Of a DNA stretch of 64,000 nt, positions 47,719 to 56,393 are shown piece by piece. The notes beneath the pieces were generated by a model, which was not told where the DNA came from, ran no database searches, and worked only from the letters and a program-made list of their open reading frames with translations. The stretch is taken from NCBI GenBank assembly GCA_033763315.1, contig JANRKS010000035.1, forward strand, positions 1-64,000, in the 5' to 3' direction. The DNA comes from Deltaproteobacteria bacterium. GTDB taxonomy: Bacteria; Myxococcota_A; Polyangia; Fen-1088. Numbering within the stretch: the first letter of the stretch is position 1; each line of letters opens with the position of its first letter. The position numbers and the translations under genes are program-made.

Positions 47719-48570
47719 TTAGCCCTGGCGTTCCCCCCACCGCAATTTTTGGCGAAGGATCGCAAAAAATGGGTTACTTGGGCGGTAGAGCCGCAGCGGC
47801 TGAGCCGCCTTGGAGATCTCAACGTGGGCGCCCGGCGGCATCTCGCGCGCCCACTGCCCATCGACCGTCAAGGTCACATGGTAGGGCGAGACATTGCGAA
47901 CGGTCAGACGCCGGTCGGCGCGCATCACCACCGGCCGATAGGTCAGCGTGTGCGGGCACACGGGCGTCAGCACCATAGCCTCAAGCTGCGGCGTTAAGAT
48001 GGGACCACCTGCCGCCAGGCTATAGGCCGTGCTTCCCGTGGGCGACGCGATGATGAGGCCGTCGGCCTTAAAGGTTGCGATGGGCGCCCCGTCAGATTCA
48101 GCGTCCAAGTCCAATAACCGAGCCACCGAGCGTTGGGTTAGAACCGCTTCATTCAAGGCGCTTCGTTCGGCAACGATTTGGCCACCTTCAACAAGCGCCA
48201 CCTGCAGGCGCATGCGCTCCTCAATCTCCAGCTGCCCCTGCGCGGCCGCGTTGACGACGCTAACGGCTTCGTTAAGTGTCCAGTGGGTCATGAAACCCAG
48301 CGAGCCCAAATTGATGCCCAACAGCGGCACCCCTTGATCCGAGACGAGCGAAGCGCCCACCAAGAAGGTGCCGTCGCCCCCCAAAACCAAAAGGCTGTCG
48401 ATCGACTTGCCCAGCTCCGCCTCAGGGACAGCGATTGTGCCGGGCAAAGACGGCTCACCCGGTTGGTGCACCGAAACGAAGTCGCATACGCCGGCAAGGG
48501 CAGCGATCAACCGCTCCGCCAGTTGCCAGGCCTCTGGCTTTCCCCGTTTGAGCAGCAATCCGAAGCGCAT
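47719..48570 (-). CDS. nadK: NAD(+) kinase
   Basis: GGDGT, GIN.GSLGF, LNE, DGLIIASPTGSTAY.LAAGG. Upstream of recN. Confidence 0.96.
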   Translation of the reverse strand: MRFGLLLKRGKPEAWQLAERLIAALAGVCDFVSVHQPGEPSLPGTIAVPEAELGKSIDSLLVLGGDGTFLVGASLVSDQGVPLLGINLGSLGFMTHWTLNEAVSVVNAAAQGQLEIEERMRLQVALVEGGQIVAERSALNEAVLTQRSVARLLDLDAESDGAPIATFKADGLIIASPTGSTAYSLAAGGPILTPQLEAMVLTPVCPHTLTYRPVVMRADRRLTVRNVSPYHVTLTVDGQWAREMPPGAHVEISKAAQPLRLYRPSNPFFAILRQKLRWGERQG

Positions 48571-48624
48571 AGAGGGGCATCATGTCATGCCGGGCGCCCG
48601 CGTCCCACTTCATGCTGCAAACGC

Positions 48625-48658
48625 AACAAAACCCCGAACGCAAGCGCTACGGGGCTTT
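48625..48658 (-). terminator. Rho-independent terminator
   Basis: The minus strand reads GCCCCGTAGCGC-TT-GCGTTCGGGGT-TTTGTT, just after the 58-aa gene. Confidence 0.7.
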
Positions 48659-48671
48659 GATTGCGGATTCT

Positions 48672-48848
48672 CTATTTCTCGTAGAACAAGGTGATGGTGA
48701 GACAGTGGAATTCGCTGTCCGAACTTTGAGTGACCACTTTGTTGGTCACTCGAACATCGGGGTTATCGCGCAGCCACCGGGTGACTGTTTCACCCAATTC
48801 GTCCCGCTCCCTCGCCTTGGTCGCTGTAAATACCTTGGCCCCCAACAT
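48672..48848 (-). CDS. 58-aa small protein (absent from ORF track)
   Basis: MLGAKVFTATKARERDELGETVTRWLRDNPDVRVTNKVVTQSSDSEFHCLTITLFYEK. AAGGAG RBS upstream and a terminator downstream. Confidence 0.8.
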   Translation of the reverse strand: MLGAKVFTATKARERDELGETVTRWLRDNPDVRVTNKVVTQSSDSEFHCLTITLFYEK

Positions 48849-49264
48849 GTCGTGCTCCTTTTCTTACTCGCTGCCTCCGCCTGTGCGGTTCGCGGTACAT
48901 ACCGCAATCTCCCCCGTTGAGTAAAGAAATTTACGTTAGGGAAAATACATATGCCAGCACAAGAGAGGCTACTAGGTACGATTGCGTTTCCCCCCAGCCA
49001 ACCCAGGTCACCAACACCGACCCGACTGGGGGATACGCCACCTCTTGGACGTCCACTGACAGGACGCCCAAAGCCAGCGCACATGTAATGAGATGCTTTC
49101 CAGAGATTTTTCGGTGCTGTTTTCCGCTCACAAAAGACTGGATCGACCGCGTTGTAACGAAGGGACGGGCTGGCTGGGCTTGACCGCGTTTTGTGCAGGT
49201 GCTTTACTGCCGAGCTCACTCTTTCGCCCACCGCATTAACACTGCATTTGCCCGGAGTTCTTGT

Positions 49265-49480
49265 TTGGAGACACTTGTCGGAAAACCCCTCGAGGTCGAG
49301 GTACGGGATTCCATCGATAAGGCTGTGAAGATCTTGAAGCAACGTCTTTCTAAGGAAGGCGTCCTGCAAGAGCTGAAGCGTCGTCGGTATCACGAGAAGC
49401 CTTCTGTGAAGAAAAAACGCAAGATGCGCGAAGCACGCAAGCGTCGCCGTCGCGAAGCCAAGCGTAAAGTTGGGCGTTAA
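49265..49480 (+). CDS. rpsU: 30S ribosomal protein S21
   Basis: I.KA...LK.....EG.L.ELK.RRY.EKPS.KKK. TTG start after GGAG. Confidence 0.9.
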   Translation: METLVGKPLEVEVRDSIDKAVKILKQRLSKEGVLQELKRRRYHEKPSVKKKRKMREARKRRRREAKRKVGR

Positions 49481-49497
49481 GGAACTGGGCCACCGTC

Positions 49498-50685
49498 ATG
49501 GATCAGGGCTCGTTCGCGGGCCTGTCCACGCTGGCGGTTGCGGCAGGCTCGCATGAAAATCGACAGGACGCGCTGGGACCGCACGGTGAGCGGCCCCATG
49601 TGCCTCCTGTTTTTTTGACGTCGAATTTCGAGTACACGGGCTCGCTGGGCGCGGACGCCGCGGCCGCTGGCGACGCCTACATTTACTCGCGGTACGCCAA
49701 TCCCACCGTGGAAGCGTTCGAGACGGCTGTGGCGCAGCTGGAGCGTGCCGAAGCCGCGTTCGCCTTTGCTTCTGGCATGGGTGCCATTTCGGCCACACTT
49801 TTGGCATATGGCGCGGGCGGCCCTGTTTTGGTGTCGAACGGCATCTATGGCGGCACCACCGAGTTTGTGAACGCGATCGGCGCGCCACTTGGGATGACGC
49901 CTTCGTTTGTGCCCGCCTGGGACACCGACGCCGTGGTCAGGGCGTTGGCCGCACGCCCCAAGGTGCTGCTGGTGGAGACGGTTTCGAATCCGCTGCTGCG
50001 CGTCGTTGATGTGCCCGCGTTGGCTGAGGCCTGCGCCAAGACCGGCACCGCGTTGGTTGTGGACGCCACCTTCTCCACGCCATGTTTAAGCCGGCCTTTA
50101 GAGCAAGGTGCCACGGTGGTGGTGCACAGCGCCTCAAAGTACTTGTCGGGCCACGGCGACGTCATCGCAGGCGTGGTGGCGGGCCGCCGAGCGTCGTTGG
50201 CAGGCGTGGCTCAACACCGCAAACTTATTGGCGCGAACCTGGGACCGTTCGAAGCGTTCTTGGCTTTGCGTGGGTTGCGGACGTTGGCTTTACGCATGGA
50301 GCGCCAATGCAGCAGCGCCAAGCAGCTGGCCGCATGGCTTGCGCAACACAAGGACGTGCGCGCCGTGCATTACCCTGGGCTGCCACGGCACGCTGATTTT
50401 GATCGTGCGCAACGCTTGCTCGCGAGCGGCGGGGCCATGGTGACTTTTGAACTTGCGAACCTGGAGGCCGCGCGAAGATTTTATGATCGTCTTCACGTGA
50501 TACGTCGTGCCGCGAGCCTGGGCGACGTGGCGTCTTTAGTGACGCATCCTGTTTCATTCTCTCACAAGGGTGTGCCCGAAGCCGTTCGTTTGGCCGCGGG
50601 AATCACAGACGGCCTGCTGCGTGTCTCGGTGGGGATCGAAGATGTGGCCGATCTTCTCGCGGACGTTGCACAAGCGTTGGCCTAA
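49498..50685 (+). CDS. Cys/Met metabolism PLP-dependent enzyme (cystathionine gamma-synthase / methionine gamma-lyase family)
   Basis: YSRYANPT, ASGMGAI, DATF.TP, HSASKYLSGH, SLG.V.SL..HP, LLRVSVGIE. Confidence 0.92.
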   Translation: MDQGSFAGLSTLAVAAGSHENRQDALGPHGERPHVPPVFLTSNFEYTGSLGADAAAAGDAYIYSRYANPTVEAFETAVAQLERAEAAFAFASGMGAISATLLAYGAGGPVLVSNGIYGGTTEFVNAIGAPLGMTPSFVPAWDTDAVVRALAARPKVLLVETVSNPLLRVVDVPALAEACAKTGTALVVDATFSTPCLSRPLEQGATVVVHSASKYLSGHGDVIAGVVAGRRASLAGVAQHRKLIGANLGPFEAFLALRGLRTLALRMERQCSSAKQLAAWLAQHKDVRAVHYPGLPRHADFDRAQRLLASGGAMVTFELANLEAARRFYDRLHVIRRAASLGDVASLVTHPVSFSHKGVPEAVRLAAGITDGLLRVSVGIEDVADLLADVAQALA

Positions 50686-50693
50686 GGATTTTC

Positions 50694-51578
50694 ATGTGGA
50701 CTGAAGTGCAAATTGAAACGACTGAAGAGGGCGCAGATCTGGTGGCGGCCACTTTGGCTGAGCTCACTGGCGGCGTTGAGATCCGCGACGCTCAAACATT
50801 GATCGCGGCTCAACAAGGGCGCTCCGTGGTTGTGGCGTTGTGCGTGCCTGAGGCGCAAGACGAGGTGCTTGCGGCTGCAGAAGAAGTATTAGGCTTTGCG
50901 CGCGAGGCGGGGACGATGGTGGATCCCGTTGCCGTGCGTACGCGCTTGGCGCACGAAGAAGAGTGGCGCGACGTTTGGAAGCAGTTTTTCCGCTCCACGC
51001 GCATTGGCCAGCGTTTCGTGGTCCGGCCTTCGTGGGACCAAGGCAGCACCCTCGTGGGTGATCACATCATCGACCTCGATCCGGGCCGCGCGTTTGGCAC
51101 GGGCGCACATCCATCGACGCGACTGGTGATTGCTCTGTGTGAAGGGCTGGCCGATCGCGGATTCGCTCCACAGCGCGTTTTGGATCTCGGGTGTGGCTCG
51201 GGGATCTTGGCCATCGCGGCGGCGCGCTTGTGGCCTACCGCGCAGATCTTGGCCGTGGACAACGATCCAGAAGCCACGGCTTGTACTGAAGAGAACCTGG
51301 AGCGCAACCATGTGAACACCGTGGTCACGGAAACGGCGGTGCTCTCGCGTGGCATGGGCACCTTCGATGTGATTTTGGCCAACATCCAAGCCGATGTTTT
51401 GTGCCCTTTGGCGGAAGACTTTTGGGCGGCCACTGAACCGACCGGGCACGTACTGCTGTCAGGCATTTTGATCGAGCAGGCGAACGAAGTGGCGGCAGCC
51501 TTCGGTGCGGCAGGTTTCATCGTGGAAGAACGCCAAGATGAAGGTGAGTGGGCGGGCCTTCGCTGCGCCCGTCCGTGA
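50694..51578 (+). CDS. prmA: Ribosomal protein L11 methyltransferase
   Basis: W...WKQFF, DPGRAFGTG.H.ST, LDLGCGSGIL, ANI, LSGI. Confidence 0.93.
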   Translation: MWTEVQIETTEEGADLVAATLAELTGGVEIRDAQTLIAAQQGRSVVVALCVPEAQDEVLAAAEEVLGFAREAGTMVDPVAVRTRLAHEEEWRDVWKQFFRSTRIGQRFVVRPSWDQGSTLVGDHIIDLDPGRAFGTGAHPSTRLVIALCEGLADRGFAPQRVLDLGCGSGILAIAAARLWPTAQILAVDNDPEATACTEENLERNHVNTVVTETAVLSRGMGTFDVILANIQADVLCPLAEDFWAATEPTGHVLLSGILIEQANEVAAAFGAAGFIVEERQDEGEWAGLRCARP

Positions 51579-51593
51579 GGACAAGGCCGGGGC

Positions 51594-52364
51594 ATGTCGG
51601 CACGGCTTTTCGTCCCAGCGACCCGCGTGCCGCCCGGCACCACCAAAGTCACGATTGAGGGCGACGCCCACCGCTATGTGGGCCGGGTGCTGCGCATGCG
51701 CGTAGGCGAAGGGTTTGTGATTTTCGATGGCGAAGGTGCAGAGATCGACGCAACCTTGGAGTCGATCACCGCCACGGAAGCGCAGATCAGTTTAGGGCAA
51801 CGCCGCAAGCTTGACCCTCCCCACGCGCGGGTGACATTGCTGCAAGGGGTTCCCAAGGGTGAGCGCATGGATTGGGTGCTGCAAAAAACCACGGAGCTCG
51901 GCATTGCGTGCCTCGTGCCGGTGATGACAACGAGGGTGGTTGTGAAGCTGGATGCCGAAGCCGCTAAGGCGAAACAGCGACGGTGGCAAGCGATTGTTCA
52001 AGAGGCGGCCCGCCAGTGTGGGCGCGCCGATGTGCCGCAGGTGCAGGCGCCTTGTTCACTGGCGCAAGCCTTGGCCACGTTGCCCGCGGCAGAGCGCTTC
52101 GTGCTGTGGGAAGAGCCGGGGGGACAACCTTTTGTGCAAAGCCTCAGCGGCTTGGCGCGGGCGCGAACGGCGATGGACGCGCAAGAGCCGTTGCACGTGC
52201 AACTTCTCGTGGGTCCCGAAGGCGGCTTTGCGGCCGAAGAAGTGGCGCTGGCGCGCGCTCACGATTTTGTGCCTGTGACGCTCGGTCCGCGCGTTTTGCG
52301 CACCGAAACCGCGGCGGTGGTGGCAGTGACACTGGCACAAGCGGCCGTGGGTGGTTTCGCATGA
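51594..52364 (+). CDS. rsmE: 16S rRNA m3U1498 methyltransferase
   Basis: H....VLR, K.TELG, EAARQCGR, VGPEGGF, LGPRVLRTETA. Confidence 0.95.
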   Translation: MSARLFVPATRVPPGTTKVTIEGDAHRYVGRVLRMRVGEGFVIFDGEGAEIDATLESITATEAQISLGQRRKLDPPHARVTLLQGVPKGERMDWVLQKTTELGIACLVPVMTTRVVVKLDAEAAKAKQRRWQAIVQEAARQCGRADVPQVQAPCSLAQALATLPAAERFVLWEEPGGQPFVQSLSGLARARTAMDAQEPLHVQLLVGPEGGFAAEEVALARAHDFVPVTLGPRVLRTETAAVVAVTLAQAAVGGFA

Positions 52365-52457
52365 AAGGCGGTTCGAGGTGGGCGCGGCTGCCGACACATG
52401 CAATCTTTCGATGCGAATACTTGACCCGCAGGCACGATCGTCTTGAGAATCAATGAC

Positions 52458-52988
52458 ATGACCTCTCACGCCGCCACATTCGCGGCCCCCACGAGCCAAA
52501 CCGCCACGCAATCTGATCGCGTGCTGCGCGTGCGTGCAGCCGCGTTTCCCGCGCGCGCTGTGGCGGTGGCCATCGACGCGGCGCTGATCATCGGCGCCAC
52601 GATTGGCGTGCTGGCTGTGGCCGCTGTTGTCATGAAGCTGCCGTTGCCCAACCTCAAGGAGCTTGGCCCTGACTTACTGGTGGCGGGCGTCTTGGATCGA
52701 AACCCACTGGCTGTGGGCGCGCTGGGCGTGCTGCTGGGCTTGGGCGCGCTCTATCACGTATATCTTGCGGGCGTGACAGGGCAAACGGTGGGTTTGCGCT
52801 TGATGGGGCTGCGGATCATCTCGGTGCGGGGCACCCTGCCCGGCCCTGTGCGAGGCTTTGTTCGATACGTGGCGTTGGCTCTGGCGGTGTTGCCTGCAGG
52901 CCTCGGCTGGTTGTGGTGTTTGTTTGATCGTGAACGCCGCGCTTTGCACGATCATTTGGCCGGCACGTTCGTGATCGTCGACCAGTAG
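52458..52988 (+). CDS. RDD family membrane protein
   Basis: R..A..ID, GQTVG...MGLRI, D.ERRALHDHLAGT.V. The start is uncertain (52443-52458). Confidence 0.85.
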   Translation: MTSHAATFAAPTSQTATQSDRVLRVRAAAFPARAVAVAIDAALIIGATIGVLAVAAVVMKLPLPNLKELGPDLLVAGVLDRNPLAVGALGVLLGLGALYHVYLAGVTGQTVGLRLMGLRIISVRGTLPGPVRGFVRYVALALAVLPAGLGWLWCLFDRERRALHDHLAGTFVIVDQ

Positions 52989-52996
52989 GTAGAACA

Positions 52997-54688
52997 ATGG
53001 CCGGCAGAGGCCTTGAAGAACGGCTCGTTCAAAGCGGTGCGCTTCGCCGCGAAGCCGTTCACATGGCCAAGCGGCGGCAAAAGGTGTACGGGGGCGGCCT
53101 GGACACCGTGCTGCTTGAGATGGGGCTGGTGGACGAAGGCACGCTGTGGGCGCTGCTCGTCGAAGACACGGGGCTGGCCCCCTTGCCGCCTTCGCTGCTT
53201 GAAGGCCCGGTGATCGAGCCCGACGTTCTGATCGGCTACGCCGAGGCACGCCGCTTGGGGGCGTTTGCATTCGAGTCGGACCGCGCGGACACAGATGCCC
53301 CCCAGGCGATCGTGAGGCCCGGTTTCGACGCTGAAGCCTTGGCAGGTGTTTTGGGAGGGCGCCCGGCCGAAGTGTTTATTGTTCCGGAGGTGCGCTTCGA
53401 AGCTCTCTTGAGCGCGTTTTACGTGCAGGCCATTCCGCCGCGCTTCGTTTCGCTGCTGGGTCGGCTGATGGGCGCCGAACAACTGCGCCGCTGGGCCGCC
53501 ACACGAGCGCCACGCCATCGCTTGCCCACGCCCCCCGTTGACGTGGGGCCGAGGCTGATCGCGCACGAGGCGCCCGCTTTGCCGCCGCCTTCCCCGATAA
53601 TCGCTCTGCACACAACGCCCTTAACGGACGTCGCACCCGCATCGACGTTTAGCGACGGGGCCACGCTTGTTCCGCAGGACAACCCTCACACGGAAGCAGT
53701 TGAGCCCGTGGATCCGCCATTGGTGGAGGCTCCGTTCGCAGCGGTGCCACCCGCCCTCTCGGACGCAACAGAGGCCGCCCGCGCCCCGACCGCGACGATG
53801 TCACTCTTGGAATCGTTGCCTCACGACGGCGCCGATGGGCAGGACATGCTGTTGGCAGCGTTGGCGTGGCATGCCGAGTTGGAAGGGGGGCCGCGGGCGC
53901 ACGCGGTTGCGGCCGCGATAGCCACGCACTGGTCGGCAGCCGATATTTTCGATCGGTTGCCCACGCTGGCCAAACGAGGCGAACACGTGGCGCGCACGGC
54001 CTTGCCCTTGTTGGCGGTGCGAGCCAATGTGGACCTTCTTGGCGAGCGGTTGCGGTCGCCTGTGCCGCGGCACCGCGTTTGGGCGGCGCAGACCTTGGCG
54101 TTGTGCTTGCGCAACAGCGCGTTTGAAGCCGAGGCCTTCAAGCAAATCACAGCATGGCTCTGCCTTCGGATGGAGCAGGATCCCGAACCCGAGGTGCGAG
54201 CCGCCGCGGCGCAGGCCGTGCGCGGGATGGCGGCGCAGCCCCTCTTGCAAGCGTTGCTTTCACGAATCAGCGCGTTGGTCGCCGACGCCAGCGCATTGGA
54301 CCCAGCGCGCGTCGGAGCGGCCCTGCTTCTGGGGGAGATGCGGGCCGACGTGGATGTTGCAATACAGGCGCTGATCGCGGGCGCGGGCGCCAAGAATCAA
54401 CCCGTGGCGGACACGTGCCACGCAGCGCTGGTGCGCATTACGGGCCACGAGCCCGGCCGTGGCCGCGCGGCTTGGCGGCGCTGGTGGAAAAAACGTGGCA
54501 ACGCGGGGAGGCCCGCGTGGCTTGTGGCCGCGTTGGAGGCGCGGCGGCCTGATCTAAGGCTGGCAGCGGCGAACGAACTGGCGGAATTGACGGGACAAAC
54601 GTTTGGCTACCACTTCGATCTCACGCCCGGGCAGCGAGAGGCGGCGGTGGCGCGGTGGAAGGCGTGGCTTATGCAACAGACTTCGTAG
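52997..54688 (+). CDS. MshEN/GspE-N-like domain plus HEAT-repeat protein
   Basis: L...LV..G.......A..RQ...GG.LD..LLE.G at the N-terminus, Pro-rich linker, HEAT repeats, L..ITG......W..WW. Confidence 0.7.
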   Translation: MAGRGLEERLVQSGALRREAVHMAKRRQKVYGGGLDTVLLEMGLVDEGTLWALLVEDTGLAPLPPSLLEGPVIEPDVLIGYAEARRLGAFAFESDRADTDAPQAIVRPGFDAEALAGVLGGRPAEVFIVPEVRFEALLSAFYVQAIPPRFVSLLGRLMGAEQLRRWAATRAPRHRLPTPPVDVGPRLIAHEAPALPPPSPIIALHTTPLTDVAPASTFSDGATLVPQDNPHTEAVEPVDPPLVEAPFAAVPPALSDATEAARAPTATMSLLESLPHDGADGQDMLLAALAWHAELEGGPRAHAVAAAIATHWSAADIFDRLPTLAKRGEHVARTALPLLAVRANVDLLGERLRSPVPRHRVWAAQTLALCLRNSAFEAEAFKQITAWLCLRMEQDPEPEVRAAAAQAVRGMAAQPLLQALLSRISALVADASALDPARVGAALLLGEMRADVDVAIQALIAGAGAKNQPVADTCHAALVRITGHEPGRGRAAWRRWWKKRGNAGRPAWLVAALEARRPDLRLAAANELAELTGQTFGYHFDLTPGQREAAVARWKAWLMQQTS

Positions 54689-54755
54689 GTGGATGCGGGT
54701 GTGACGCGCCGCCAGGCCGCAAACACCTACACGCTGTGGTACAGTTCCCGCCCCA

Positions 54756-56369
54756 ATGTTTGAGACGCTTACAAAAGGCTTTCGCTCCGCACGTCAACGC
54801 TTTGCTGGCTTGGCTGAACTTGACGAAGCCACGGTTGATGAGGCTCTAAAAGACGTTCGCACCGCTTTGCTTGAAGCGGACGTCGGTTACGACGTCGTTC
54901 AGGACTTCTGTAAGCGCGTAAAGGAAAAAGCGGTCGGCGTCATCGTTAAGGTGAAGGCCTCTTCCAAGGAGAAAGTGCGGCGGGTGAGCCCGGTCGACCA
55001 CTTCATCAAACTTTGCAATGACGAGCTCGTTGAGTTGATGGGGCCCGTCAACAGCGACATCCAGTTCGCGAAGAAGGGCCCCACGGGCATCATGATGGTG
55101 GGCTTGCAAGGGTCGGGCAAAACCACGACGGTGGGCAAGCTGGCCATGCTTCTGAAAAAGAAGCACAAGCGCCCCCTACTGGTCGCGGCTGATATCTATC
55201 GCCCCGCCGCCATCGAGCAACTCAAGGTGCTGGGCCGCAACCTGGACGTGCCGGTCTATTCAGAGCCGGGCGCCAGCCCCCCCGACATCTGCGAACACGC
55301 GATGAAGTTTGCCGCGCAAAATGGGCGCGACGTCATCATTTTCGACACCGCCGGCCGCTTGGCAATCGACGAGCCTTTGATGACCGAGCTTTCGGAGATC
55401 AAGCGCCGCTGCAACCCAGCCAACATCTTCTTCGTCGTGGACGCGATGATCGGTCAAGACGCCGTGGCCACGGCCAAGACGTTCAACGATCGATTGGATT
55501 ACGACGGCGTTGTGCTCACGAAGCTGGACGGCGATGCGCGCGGTGGTGCGGCGCTCTCCGTGCGCGCCGTAACGGGCAAGCCGATCAAGTTTGTGGGTAT
55601 GGGCGAGTCGTCCGAGCGGCTCGAAGAGTTCCGCCCTGATGGCATGGCCAGCCGCATCTTGGGCCAAGGCGACGTGGTTGGCCTGATTCAACAATTCGAA
55701 GAAGTTGTTGATCAAGAAAAGGCCGAGCAAGACGCCATGCGCATGCTCAAAGGGAAGTTCGACATGAACGACTTCCTCGATCAGATCGGCGTGCTGCAGA
55801 AGATGGGATCGTTGCGGGACATGGTGGACATGATCCCGGGCATTGCCGACCACATCCCAAAGGACGCTCAGATCGACGACAAAGAGCTGGTGAAGATCAA
55901 GTCTGTGATCTCATCAATGACCGAAGACGAACGGCGTTTCCCTGAGCGTTTCATCGTCAGCAGCTGGGAAGAAGTGATCGAAGGCGACCGGCGCAAAAAG
56001 AAGCGCAGCGCGTTTTACGATCAGCGGCGATTGCGACGCGTGGCCAAGGGTTCGGGCCGTCGTGAAAACGATGTGGCCGACATCCTGAACCGCTTCGCGA
56101 TGATGCGGCAGATGATGATGCAGCTGGGGCAATCGACCGGCTTGCTGGGCAAGATCCCAGGCTTTAAGCAACTGGGGCAATTGCGGCAGATGCAGCAAAT
56201 GGCGAAGTCTGGCGGTTTGGATCTGGGCCAGCTAGCCAACATGATGTCGGTGCCTTCGGCGGAACGAGGCACCTTCTCGGCGCCCAAGCGCAACCACGAC
56301 AAAGTGAAGATGAAAAAGAAGCGCCTTGATCAGAAGAAGGCGCGCAAGAAGAACGCCAAGAATCGCTGA
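54756..56369 (+). CDS. ffh: Signal recognition particle protein
   Basis: ALLEADV, GLQGSGKTT, DIYRPAA, DTAGR, TKLDGDARGG, Met-rich M domain. Confidence 0.96.
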   Translation: MFETLTKGFRSARQRFAGLAELDEATVDEALKDVRTALLEADVGYDVVQDFCKRVKEKAVGVIVKVKASSKEKVRRVSPVDHFIKLCNDELVELMGPVNSDIQFAKKGPTGIMMVGLQGSGKTTTVGKLAMLLKKKHKRPLLVAADIYRPAAIEQLKVLGRNLDVPVYSEPGASPPDICEHAMKFAAQNGRDVIIFDTAGRLAIDEPLMTELSEIKRRCNPANIFFVVDAMIGQDAVATAKTFNDRLDYDGVVLTKLDGDARGGAALSVRAVTGKPIKFVGMGESSERLEEFRPDGMASRILGQGDVVGLIQQFEEVVDQEKAEQDAMRMLKGKFDMNDFLDQIGVLQKMGSLRDMVDMIPGIADHIPKDAQIDDKELVKIKSVISSMTEDERRFPERFIVSSWEEVIEGDRRKKKRSAFYDQRRLRRVAKGSGRRENDVADILNRFAMMRQMMMQLGQSTGLLGKIPGFKQLGQLRQMQQMAKSGGLDLGQLANMMSVPSAERGTFSAPKRNHDKVKMKKKRLDQKKARKKNAKNR

Positions 56370-56393
56370 GGGGTGGCTGGCCGCAAACGTGGC

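Noticed and set aside
48990-49035. SRP RNA (ffs), suggested by CCAGGTCA within a hairpin
   Set aside because: It lacks the conserved GNRA loop and AGCAG motif of SRP helix 8.
48746-49393. ORFs 48746..49393, 48917..49183 and 48931..49131
   Set aside because: No motifs and atypical composition. The longest overlaps rpsU and the better-supported 58-aa gene.
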